The position numbers were made by a program, and so were the translations under genes. The notes under the pieces are model-generated. The model was not told where the DNA came from, searched no databases, and was given only the letters and a program-made list of their open reading frames with translations. A DNA stretch of 64,000 bases from Eremomyces bilateralis CBS 781.70 (lineage: Eukaryota): assembly GCA_010015585.1 (NCBI GenBank), contig ML975183.1, one strand, 5' to 3'. Below, in pieces: positions 37,677-48,599 of the stretch (positions are counted from its first letter, which is position 1; the number at the start of each line of letters is the position of its first letter).

Positions 37677-40600
37677 ATGGATGCCAACGAACGAGAGCCC
37701 GATCGCGGTGCCGCGGACAACGACCAAGACTTTGAGCGCGTGCTTGCTGACCTGAACAATCCCGATGGAGGCGCCTACGAGTTCATGTCTCGGGATCTCG
37801 AGGCAGGCGAAAAGGCCGACGATGCGGTCGACTTCGAGGACATCAGCGACGGCAGTTTAGCTGATGAGGAGGAGCAACCCCGACAGGCCGATCTCGACAA
37901 CGACTTGGATGACCTATTCAACGACGCCCCAACCTCTCCTGCGGACGAAAACATAACAACTGGTGCAACTGGGACCGTCCAGCTTGGGTCCGATAGCGTC
38001 GAGGGTGCCCCCGATGGCGGTGTTCCGTCGTTCATCTCCGATGCTGATCTCTTCGGCGAGGAGCCGATCGAACCCGAGGAGCATGAAACTCCCATCGTCG
38101 AAACCACCGAATCTACCGAAACCCTCGATGCACCGCAATTCCGACCCATCGACTTTAGCGGGGCCAGGGCCGCCTCGGTGGATGATCTGGACGATGTTGA
38201 TGACGCAGTTCGTGAGCAGTATGAACTGTTCAGAGATGCACAGGATCGAATGAAACGAGCCACGAGCGGTACTCGACTGATTGACCGAGTTGGCGAGACT
38301 TTGACCGACAATGAAGCCTTAGAGCTTCTTTGGCCAAACTTTGATCCTGATGAAGTTCCTCGGTTTGCTACACTCATCCCGCAAAAGCGCGCTTTCTACC
38401 CGCAAAAAGTGCCACCGAAGCCGCCAAAAGCGGTTCATCCATCGAAGCTCAGTCTCGAACTGGCTGCGGACTCGGAGCGGCTTTTTAAGCTGCCAGGACC
38501 TGCGAAGGAGACCAATCCGGAGAGACGCCGTGAATATGCGGAAATCATGGGCCTCCACTTGGTGGAGGACGAGATCATAGAAGAAGAAAGCGAGGATGGC
38601 TTGGACTACGAGGACATTGATTGGAATGAGGACGTTGGCGGCGTGAAGATGCGGGACCTGGCAGTCGTATGTCAAGATTGGGACCTGCCCTCACTTGCAG
38701 GTTCGGATCAGGAGACACCCCCAGAGGCGCCATTTGAGGAGAGCTTCGAGGATGAGCTGTGGGGTGACGCGACGGAGCAACCGCCTGCCAAGAAACGCCG
38801 TCTGGATGATATTGCTATCGGCGGGTCGATGGCGGCCTTTGTCGACGAGTACTTGCCCTTCGATGATCCCGAGGAGCTTACTGCTCAGCTCGCGCAGAAG
38901 GTGTTCCTCGCTGGAGACGACCCGAATCTGTTACTGGACCAGCGGAAACCCGACGCCGCAAAGAAAGGCACCGCATCCACGTCATTCCGGATGTCGCAAC
39001 GACCCCCGCACCAGAGTAGGAGAGAATGGATCACCAGCCGCTACTTCATATCCAACGATGCTGCCTATGTGCGGCTGAAAGAAAACCGATCTCACAAAGT
39101 CCGGAGCAACCTGGGAAACTTGTCCGTGGAACACGGTTTGCCAGCCTTGAAGCTTCAATATCCGTTCTACAAGGTGAAACTCACCGCGCGAGAGTCTCGG
39201 TCTTTTCATCGCCATCCCATGCATTTTATTCCGAACTCGATCATCCGGTTCAGCAAGCTGGCGTCGGTCAAGCGAAAGAACATGCGAAACAAACCAGCTT
39301 CTACCGTCTTCGAAAAAGCAAAGGATTTAACGTTTGGCGACAACTCGAACATGGTTCTCCTGGAGTATAGCGAAGAGTATCCGACCATGCTATCAAATCT
39401 CGGAATGGGCAACCGCATTCTGAACTACTACCGAAAGAAAGATAACGACGACACCAATCGGCCGAAGCTGGACATTGGAGAGACGATCGTGCTCCTACCC
39501 GAGGACAAGTCACCTTTCTCGATATTTGGCGGCGTCAACCCAGGCGAGCAGGTGCCCACGATCCACAATCAGATGTTCCGGGCTCCCGTCTTCCGACATG
39601 AAGCCAAAGGAACGGATTTTCTTGTGGGTGTCTCGAGGACCGGGGTTGGAGGCGATGAATGGTTTATGCGCCCCGTCGAGAACCTCTACGTGGTGGGACA
39701 GCAATTCCCATCGGTCGAAGTACCTGGCACGCATTCTCGGAAAGTGACCGATGCGGCGAAGAGGCGATTGCGGATGATCAGCTACCGTATTTTCGGGAAG
39801 ACGGCGAAGGACGATCTTCGGAATAACCAGTTGAATAATGAGGTCGTTCGACAACATCTCCCCGGATCGGATATCACGCAAAACAGGGGGAAGATGCGAG
39901 AGTTTATGCACTACAACAAGGAACTGCAGACATGGGAGCCGAAAGGCGACACAGCCCTCCCTGACGAGCAAACCATGCGAGGTTGGATCAAGCCCGAAGA
40001 TGTGTGCTTACTGGATAGCATGCAAGTCGGCCATCGCCATCTGTTGGATTCCGGTTATAACAAGGAGGGTAATGATGAGTACGAAGAAGACGATGAGAAA
40101 GAAGGGCAAAGCCTGGAAGAACGACTGGCTCCGTGGAACACGACGAAGAATTTCCTGAACGCCTGCCAAGGCAAGGCGATGCTTGCGCTGTATGGGGAAG
40201 GGGATCCATCGGGACGTGGCGAAGCATTCAGCTTTGTCCGCACTAGCATGAAAGGCGGTTTCAAAGCGATCGGAGAGAGCGTCGAGGACAAACTGAATGC
40301 GAAACGCATGAAAGACTTGGGTGGTCATAGCTACAATGTGGCGCAGCAGCAAAAGGCGTACGAGGAGGCAATTCGGGGCATTTGGGCGAAGCAGAATTCG
40401 AGCCTCTCTTCCACGGTTGAGCATGACGAGGTGGAAATGGACATTGACGAGGAACCCGACACGGCTATCCCTGGTCGAACCCCACGGTCGGAGGTCGCCA
40501 CGCCACGGCACAGCAGCTTTTTCCGGCGGGATGACGACTCCGTGAGTCAGTTCAGCAAGTTCAGTACCGGCAGTCAAAGCGGGAAGGTCCTTCGCATTGT

Positions 40601-41518
40601 GAGAGACACGCGTGATCGCCATGGGAACAAACAGACGGAAGAAGAAGTGATCACGGACGAGAAGGTTATTCGGGAGTATATGAAGCGGCGCAAGGCCGAA
40701 GAACTGAGTCAGTTGAAGTATGTGCCTTCTATCCTTTGGACCGTGACCCGAGAAGCTAACTGTTTGGCAGACTGGGCGATCTCCGGCCCACGGGGGATGC
40801 GGACTTCGACGCGAAGCAGAAGAAAATGTTTGCCAAACCTCACACATGCTCCTTCCGGATTCGGTTGGTGTATACTGACATTCTCCAGGCTTCAACTCGA
40901 GCTCGAGCGATTACAAAAGAATATCGAGCGGCGTCATGTGCGGGAGAAGGCCAAAGGGGTGCGGGTTACGGATGGATCAACACCAGGAACGCCGGGGTCT
41001 CCCCTCGCGGCGCCAGCGAAGAACGTTGGCACCCAGCGGAAATGCGCGAACTGCGGGCAAATTGGCCACATCAAGACCAACAAAAAGTCAGTGAGATGCA
41101 CATTCTGTCCCGTCATGAGCGAGCGGGGGGATGAGGCCGTCTCCATTCCCGCGGCTTTCTTGTCCACCGCGTTCTCTTCGGCATTTCCTTGAGTACATCT
41201 CCTTGATTACACTCGGATTTACATTTCTTATTCACTCGGACTGAGAAGCAGGGTCGATGGGTGGCATTCGTTATTTCTTATTTCCTTTCACGTCAGAGTC
41301 TTCTCGCGCGTTGCGCCACCGCCTTCCCTTTTCTATGTTCAGCACAGCCATACCATTTCGCATGCTATGACATGGGCCGTCCAGCGCTGACCGCTTTCTT
41401 CGACAGACTCTGCCCGCTCCTGAACGGCAAGCAGAAGCAGGAGGATGGATTTGACAACGCGGCGTTCGCACAGGCGCAGTCCGGATTTGGGATGGGGATG
41501 TCAGGGAGTCCGAGTTAA
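37677..41518 (+). CDS. TAF1: TFIID subunit TAF1 (introns 40718-40770, 40828-40888, 41087-41406)
   Basis: DDAVDFEDI, LEYSEEYP...GM..RI.NYYRK, LAPWNTTKNF, GEGDPSGRGEAFSF, zinc knuckle RKCANCGQIGHIKTNKK-LCP. Confidence 0.96.
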
Positions 41519-42565
41519 GGGAGAGGAATCAATGTTGTCTGGGTGACAGACAGAGCAGACAGTCATTAGCGGAAAGCTACACGCGTGGGACTATGGTGCA
41601 TGATGGATGCAATTGTTCACGCTACCTATGGTTCGCATCACCGATGTAGAGTCTCTTCCTTTGCTTCACCGTGCGAATCGACATTTCGCAGGTCAAGTCA
41701 AGTCGAGAGAGAGATGGGTCACATCGCAATGGTTCCTTGTCTAGGTATGGCCTAGTTAAAAACAACCAACAAAACAGAATAATATATAATAGCAAGACTA
41801 CAGATATTGAATGTGGATGAACGACTCACTTGACTTCATTAGGTACACATCATACTACCGACTGAAGCAGAGGTATCAAGTACGATCTGGTATCAACAAA
41901 CAGAGTCCACGGTACAGATGCGCCCACATGCCAGCATCGTAATATCGGCGTCCTCATGTCTATCCCTTGATGATTGCAGTACTGCAAGGCGAAGTCCGGG
42001 CAATAATACCGGCAATTATCAGCTAGTGTAAGAATGTTGATGGAATCATGGAAACGAGGAAGTCGCACCCATCCCGAAAGGGAATCCGGTTGATGGAAAG
42101 TGTGGTGGCACTTGCTGGTTGAATGCCGTGTTGATGGAGTTTCGGACTGATGCTCCTTCCCCGAATTGATGATGCTGTGAGGAAAGTTGGGAAAGCTAAC
42201 GGCGCTAAACCCTACAGGGCATGCAAGTGTTGCAGCGTGTGGGAAGCAGCGATGGGGCCACCCAGCGGGCGGGGGGAGCAACTCAGCAACCACCACGACA
42301 GACGGCGCCTGGGCGATTGATGCGCTGATGCGCGTTCCTTCCCCGTCCGACCATTCGCGCACTTCTTCCCCCTCCCCCCCTTCGCGTGCACGCCGCCCGC
42401 TCAGCTGTCCCCCTCCTTCTCTCATCATCTATCAACATCTCCAGCTTCTTCCTTTCGACCATTCCAATACCATCCCAATTCTTAGCTACGATCTCTTGTC
42501 GCTTGATCGCATCGACTTCTCTTCCACGTATTCCATCCATCCAGAACCCCCTAATTCTTTTCCAA

Positions 42566-43833
42566 ATGGCTCCCAAGAAAGCTACGGCCGCCGCGCCCAA
42601 GAAGTCGAGCGCTGCCGCTTCGTCGCATGCCTCCTACCAAGGTGAGTCGCATTCTGCGTATCTCTCCGCCAACGCGTCGAGAGCTCTGCTATTTGATTTC
42701 GCTGTGATCGCCTATTGAAACTGACCGTCTCGTGCAGATATGATTAAGGATGCGATCCTGAATGTGAGTCTACTGCCCATGGCGCACAGCGACTGCCCGC
42801 CCACTGCCACGAGCTGCCCGACCGACCGTGCCAGTGCATGCATCCCGACTTGCCTGTTCGGGCAGCCTCCGTCGCAACGATTATGTTTTGGAATGATGTA
42901 CTGACGCGCTTTATCTCGCCCCGTAGCTTAAGGAACGGAATGGTAGCAGGTGAGTAAATTCGCGCTTCTCCTCGTCTCCCTGCTTCGTAGGCGCCACGTC
43001 ACAAACGGGCGCTTCGCATCTCCAAACCCAACCCCGCTCATGAGCCTCTTCGAAACCATGGCGAATGCTGACCATCGATTCTTCGTGCTATTACAGTCGC
43101 CAGGCCATCAAGAAGTATATCCAGGCCAACAATGACCTCGGTGGAACCACCGACGCGGCTTTCAACAGCCACATCAACCGTGCTCTGACCGCTGGGAACG
43201 AGAAGGTTTTCACCCGACCGAAGGGTACGTGTCTTAGCTTCCGTCTCAAACCGCACCGCGCAATCCGCGGTGTTATTACTGCAGCTATGCGGTGTTCAAG
43301 CTCGTCTCTACCCCATCCACGCATTTGTTTCCTGGATTCTCGATCAACATCGCTGTCCCTGAGCCATAGCTAACGTTTTTCCGACCAGGCCCTTCCGGAC
43401 CTGTGAAGCTTGCGAAGCCAACCACCAAGGCCCCAGCAAAGAAGGAGTCCGCCGCCGCCACGAAGACTGCCAAGAAGCCTGCTGCGAAGCCCGCCGCCGA
43501 GAAGAAGGCGGCTACCACGAAGGCCACCACCAAGAAGCCTGCTGCGAAGAAGGCCGCTGCTCCTAAGAAGACTACCACCAAGAAGGCTAAGGCTACCCCA
43601 GCATCGGTACGTTTTCAATCCAAACATACCCCGTCCTAATCCCGTCGTATCCGCTGACCATCTTCTAGGCCCCTGCGGTTGAGGAAAAGCCAGTCGTCCT
43701 CGGCAAAACTAAGTCCGGACGTGTCACCAAGTCTAAAGCCCCTGCTGCCACCGTAACGAAGAAGGCGAAGACGACAACCAAGAAAGCCCCAGCGAAGAAG
43801 GCCACTCCCAAGAAGAAAGAAGAGAATGCATAG
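42566..43833 (+). CDS. HHO1: Linker histone H1 (6 exons, including 26- and 23-nt micro-exons)
   Basis: Spliced MAPKK..[42 protein letters not shown] plus Lys/Ala-rich tail. Introns 42642-42737, 42764-42926, 42950-43096, 43225-43388, 43607-43668. Confidence 0.96.
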
Positions 43834-44524
43834 GCGTTTCTTCTTCTCGATGTTTCTCTCTCCATATTTCTGTCGGCGCCTATGATTCTGCCGAGAGCGC
43901 ACGGCCATGACTCTGTATCTCGTCTTATTACATACCTCGAGCTGTGTATGCGGTTCCGGCGTCGTTGGCGCACTGATCCATGGACGGAAAACCGACGGGG
44001 TGTGCTGGATGGGACTTCCGTCATCCGTGACGTGGGAGTCTCTTATGTTATGACATGGTCTTTGCTCGCGGTCTGTTTTTTTTATGTCTTTTGGGGTTCG
44101 GGTTCATGTGCGGTCGGGTCAAATGCGGGTGGGGCTGTATTACATAGGGACTCGATATTGATGGTTTCCTTTTTTCCGGTGCAGTGGGCATGGTTATGGC
44201 TGACTATGGGGATAATTCATTACCCGTTCAACATACTCAGGAATGACATGCTGCACTCTTTTCATGACTCCTTCCTCTCGATGCTCAAATCGCGGTGATG
44301 TGAATGCCTCGCCAAGTATCCGGCGTCGACTTAGAGTACCGAGATCGGCTGTTTGTGCTTTGCGTCCGTCCATCCCATGCTCCATGCTCCATGCTTCCGA
44401 GATGCAGGTATAAATGAGTACATGTTCACCTGCCTCAACGCCTGGCAGTACAATGAGTGACCAGACATCCCTGTCTGGAGCGGAATTCCATACTCAAGTA
44501 AGAATATCCCCCCTCCATCTCCCG

Positions 44525-46018
44525 TTACAGATTCTCCCCAAACCCTCCATACACGCCTATCCACCCTTCCTCCTCCCCGTCCTTTTCCTCCGCTGACTCC
44601 GATATCGATGCCCTTTGGTTATCATCGACGCCAGACCCACCCGGTCCGCACTCCATAAATCGCCGTGCCACGCCCCACCCGGCCTCCGTCAGCGGACTGA
44701 ACGCGACCCTCTCCCTCGGCACTGCCATGCCGTACAGGAAGTTCTCGCGCGCCGTCCGTAGCAGCGTCGCGGCGACGGCGCGGTGCCGGAACTGGGGGGA
44801 GGTGTAGAGCAGGAGGACGCCGAGATGGGCGCTGTGGCGTGGTCGGCGGGGATTATGTGCGGGTGACGGCGGCGCGGTTTCGTGGGGGGTTGGGAGGGCG
44901 GCGCGCCGTCGAGGGGGGGGGAGGGACGAGGGGAGGGTCTTGGTCACTGGGAGGTGGATGCAGGAGGTGATGCGTTCGGCGAGGAGGAAGCCGACGATGC
45001 GGCTGGAGGGTAAGTGAAGATACAGGTAGGCTTTGTAGCGGTCTACTTTACTAGGGCCGGCGATTTTCCGCGCGGAATCGCCGTTCAAGTCGAGCTTTTC
45101 TGATCGGTGCGCCACCGGCCGCGGTTCCTTGGGTTGCGTCTTGAGAGGTGGCATACAGGGCCGTTCGAACGTTCCCCACAACCGCTCGTCGTCGATGTGG
45201 ACGGTGCCTAGTTCTCGAGACACGACGTCGAGGACGCGACGGACCGTCCGTCGCATCGTCAGCGTGTCGTTCCTTCGCACGGCGACAATGACGGTCTCTC
45301 CGCCATCCTTGGTCTTGCCATGTGATGTGGCTCCCGGGACAACCCTCCCTCGCCATAAGACCTTTCCATCCGGGTGAGAAGCAATCTCGTCGACGAACGC
45401 CTTGCTGGCTTCCACCCCCACCGTCTCCTCTTGCTGGCCATGTTTTCGGCAGTAACGCTTGTGCAGCGCACTGTCTTCATTCGACGTGTGCACATATTCC
45501 ATCCCACAGAGTTTGCAGAGTCGCGTCACATCTTCTGTGCTCAGCGACAGGGTAAGTTGGGTGAGTTTGTTTCCGGACGTCCTAGACTTCGTCCTTCCTC
45601 GGGCGGGGATTGGATCGTTGGACGACGTTGCCTCATTGGAAACGAACGCGGTGGGAGAAGGTATCGCATTTCGTATTGCGGCCAGCTCGCCCATTTCTTG
45701 CGGGGCGTTTGCGGGCGCGAGGGTCGCAGCTCGGGGCGGAGGACTTGATGGGGGGGACGAGGCGAACTTTCTCCCTGGTGATGACGAGCGACCTAATCCA
45801 GACAATCGAGCTGGCGAGGAACTTCGCGCACCGCTCTCCAAGGTCACCGTTTGGCTGGACACCGACTGTGTGCTGGTTTTCGCAAAGAAGTCATCGATGC
45901 GGCGCCGTTTCGGGGGTGGTACGGGTGGTGAAGGAGACGGGGGTTCGGCAGGGCGAAGAGAGCGGCGATCCTGCCGGCTGTAGGTTCGCAGCGGAGGTTT
46001 GCGTGATTGACTGAACAT
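44525..46018 (-). CDS. ECO1: Cohesin acetyltransferase Eco1/Eso1-like
   Basis: LTQLTLSL (PIP-like), zinc finger CKLCGMEY....ED..LH.RY, VV..ELG, G.LLAERI, F.YG....VAFS..T..G. Confidence 0.88.
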   Translation of the reverse strand: MFSQSRKPPLRTYSRQDRRSLRPAEPPSPSPPVPPPKRRRIDDFFAKTSTQSVSSQTVTLESGARSSSPARLSGLGRSSSPGRKFASSPPSSPPPRAATLAPANAPQEMGELAAIRNAIPSPTAFVSNEATSSNDPIPARGRTKSRTSGNKLTQLTLSLSTEDVTRLCKLCGMEYVHTSNEDSALHKRYCRKHGQQEETVGVEASKAFVDEIASHPDGKVLWRGRVVPGATSHGKTKDGGETVIVAVRRNDTLTMRRTVRRVLDVVSRELGTVHIDDERLWGTFERPCMPPLKTQPKEPRPVAHRSEKLDLNGDSARKIAGPSKVDRYKAYLYLHLPSSRIVGFLLAERITSCIHLPVTKTLPSSLPPPRRRAALPTPHETAPPSPAHNPRRPRHSAHLGVLLLYTSPQFRHRAVAATLLRTARENFLYGMAVPRERVAFSPLTEAGWGVARRFMECGPGGSGVDDNQRASISESAEEKDGEEEGWIGVYGGFGENL

Positions 46019-46151
46019 TGACGATGTGGTTAAGATGAGAGCCGTGGTGCATGTCTGGTATAGAATCACAGCATCAATGTCCGCGTTGGTGGGGGCCAAG
46101 TACTGTGACGAAGACAGGATGTGCCAACATTGACGTCCAAGGAGCAGGAAG

Positions 46152-46171
46152 ACGCGTTTAGACCGACGCGT
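46152..46171. promoter_or_regulatory. Two MCB elements (ACGCGT) upstream of ECO1
   Basis: ACGCGT at 46152-46157 and 46166-46171, ~140 bp upstream of the ATG of an S-phase gene. Confidence 0.65.
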
Positions 46172-46564
46172 TGGAGCAGTTCGGCAGGTCAGGGGTTTAT
46201 TGGCACGTGACTATGCGTCAATAATTATTTGAATACCACGTGATCAGGACTCTGAACCATCATCGACTCATAGTCATTATCTCGTTATACCAGACGTGCC
46301 AAGCCCTCGATGATTACTAAGGAATAAATTCGCAGTAAGGTTTCAGGGCTTCAGCCCGTCTGGCTACTTTTTGTACAAAAGGTGCAACGATTTGTATGCA
46401 ACAATAAATAAGTAAAAGAGACGACGGCAGGTGGACCGCCAGCATGGCAGGCTTGCCCTTGTGCTATGTCCTCACGATATTTACTTGTCCTATCACTCTC
46501 ACACCTTCGTGGACTCTATGTACACTCAGTCCAATTCCGCACCCACGCTCGAGCCTCTTCACTC

Positions 46565-46810
46565 TTAAGGTGGCACGCGCCCAGTCCCGTAGAGTCGGGT
46601 ACCTGCCACTCCAAGCACCTGTCGTGCGTCGGCGGCATCGATAATGTCTTTGTATGCTCCGAGGGGTGATGCGCCCTTTTCGGGATTCAGAACCGCGTTG
46701 TAGGCTTTGATGGCCTCTTCCAAATCCACATCCTTCTTATCGAGCACGGGTTGAGCACTGGCGCTGGCGCGCAGAGAAGCCAAAAGAGTGAGGATAAGGA
46801 AACACTTCAT
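46565..46810 (-). CDS. Small secreted peptide, 81 aa (signal peptide + KK site); candidate RiPP precursor
   Basis: MKCFLILTLLASLRASASA-QPVLDKK-: hydrophobic leader with AxA cleavage motif and a dibasic site; gtcATG context; divergent from the DUF3328 gene. Confidence 0.72.
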   Translation of the reverse strand: MKCFLILTLLASLRASASAQPVLDKKDVDLEEAIKAYNAVLNPEKGASPLGAYKDIIDAADARQVLGVAGTRLYGTGRVPP

Positions 46811-47321
46811 GACTGTCTGGTCCTTGGGGCAGGTACCGGGGAGTTGACTAGCAAAGCTTATAGGATAGAACTAGAGATCATCGTCAGTATCACCGTCACT
46901 TCCAAAGCATTCATCACTCACGGTTCTGCAACCATTCGACCAGCGCTGCGAGCCACGGAGTCGACCTTCCTATCGTACTATTTCTCTTGAGGCTGTAAAA
47001 AACCTAAATGATTTATAGTCTTCTAATATAATGGACGGCTCAGGCACGTGATTCTAGTTTCAGCTTTATTAGGGACTCACTTAAACTACTGAAAGACGCT
47101 CTTAAAACAGGAACGCTCCCGAATACGGACCTGAAACTCGAGGATTTAATTGGTCCCCTTTGTCTTGTGCGCAATAGTACGTAAAGTATGGCCATCTACT
47201 CTGCGCACGAACCACTGGTGAAAGTCTCTTATAGATTGAGGAACTTCCAGAAGCTTCAAGGCTGTCTTTGGCTTCACTCTAAGGTCACACAGAGAGAAAC
47301 TCACGCTGAATGATTTAACGG

Positions 47322-48374
47322 ATGCCTTCCTACAGGCCGCTCCCCTCTACTGAAGAGGAGAGCAACCATGAAGTGGAGAGCAACCATGAAGTGGAGAAAG
47401 AGGTGGTATTATCGCCGTCTCTGCGAGGGGCGCGATGGAGCGTTCCCTGCAATACCATTCCTCTTGTCGTCTCAGCGTTTATGCTCCTTCTCTCCGTCAT
47501 CAACGTCTTCGTAGCCAAACAACACCACAGAACTGGCAAAGAATGCGCCACAGAGACATCCATCTGGTGTATGCCACTGCCTTCCCTATACCTGAATGCC
47601 CTGGGCGCGCTGACAGTTTCAGCCCCTGTATTGGAAGCAGTCAAATATGAAGATTTTGATTTCCAGAATGACTTTGGACAACCGAGCATTTACCGCGGGC
47701 CGCCAACGAAGGAGCTAGAAGATGAATGGCACAACCTGACATTCAGTGAGTGTTACTGCACGCTGCTCTCCACGTCTCTAGCTTGTCCTAACGAGCCACG
47801 CGCTCAGAACACGCGGTCAAAATCCCCGACTCAAAAGTCCACCTTACAAACCGTCATCCAGTCCGCGACCAGCTCGTCCGCGTGACGCCGGATAATGGGG
47901 GTCCCGGAGCAAAAGGAGAGCTGGGGTATTCGGCGCTGATTGACGTTTTCCACCAGCTGCACTGCCTCGTCTGTCCTCCTCTGCCCTCCGGCATGCACGC
48001 GCTTACCTGAGTCACAGAACCGGATCCGTCAGTACACCTGGCTGCTCACGGGCAACTACCGCAACACCTCTGATCCACTCGACGTGGTCCCTCATGGAAA
48101 TGTCCCCGGGTCGCCGAACTCGCCGGGAGAGGACCCTCGCCCGCCTATTCCGAACGATTTTATGACCACGCCCTTGGCTAACAGGATTCACATAGATCAC
48201 TGCATCGAGACGGTTCGGAAGACGCTCATGTGCCATGCAGATGTGACGCCAATCATGATTATGAAGGATAAAAAGGCGCCACTAAAGAAGCGTGCGGACT
48301 TCAGTGCGAGGCATAGGTGTAGGAACTGGAACAAGATATCGGAGTGGATGGATGAGCAGTGGGCTGTAAGATGA
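47322..48374 (+). CDS. DUF3328 / UstYa-like oxidase (introns ~47569-47622, 47746-47807, 47969-48018)
   Basis: N-terminal TM helix; YRGPPT.EL...W; both HxxHC motifs intact after splicing (VFHQLHCL and HIDHCIE.VR..LMC.AD.TP); H.CRNW..I.EW. Confidence 0.93.
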
Positions 48375-48599
48375 CAGTGGTGAAAGTTTTAGAATGAAAC
48401 AAGAGAAAACTGTGAGCTAAGAGAGCAATTTTCTTTTTCAATTTTAGATTCCTTCTACTGCCGTAGTGTGTGGTGCAGGTTGGCGTGAGAAGTCGCCGCA
48501 TGATTACAGCAACGTCCACTGTTACTCGTCGATGGAGGTAGTGTCTCAAGAACGTCCGCGCATCACCGTACTGTATCATCAAGTTCTACAGCGCCTCGT

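Noticed and set aside
40718..40888. TAF1 ORF reads straight through two introns
   Set aside because: 53 + 61 = 114 nt is frame-compensating by chance. Both introns have canonical splice signals and the spliced peptide (LGDLRPTGDADFD) is the sensible one.
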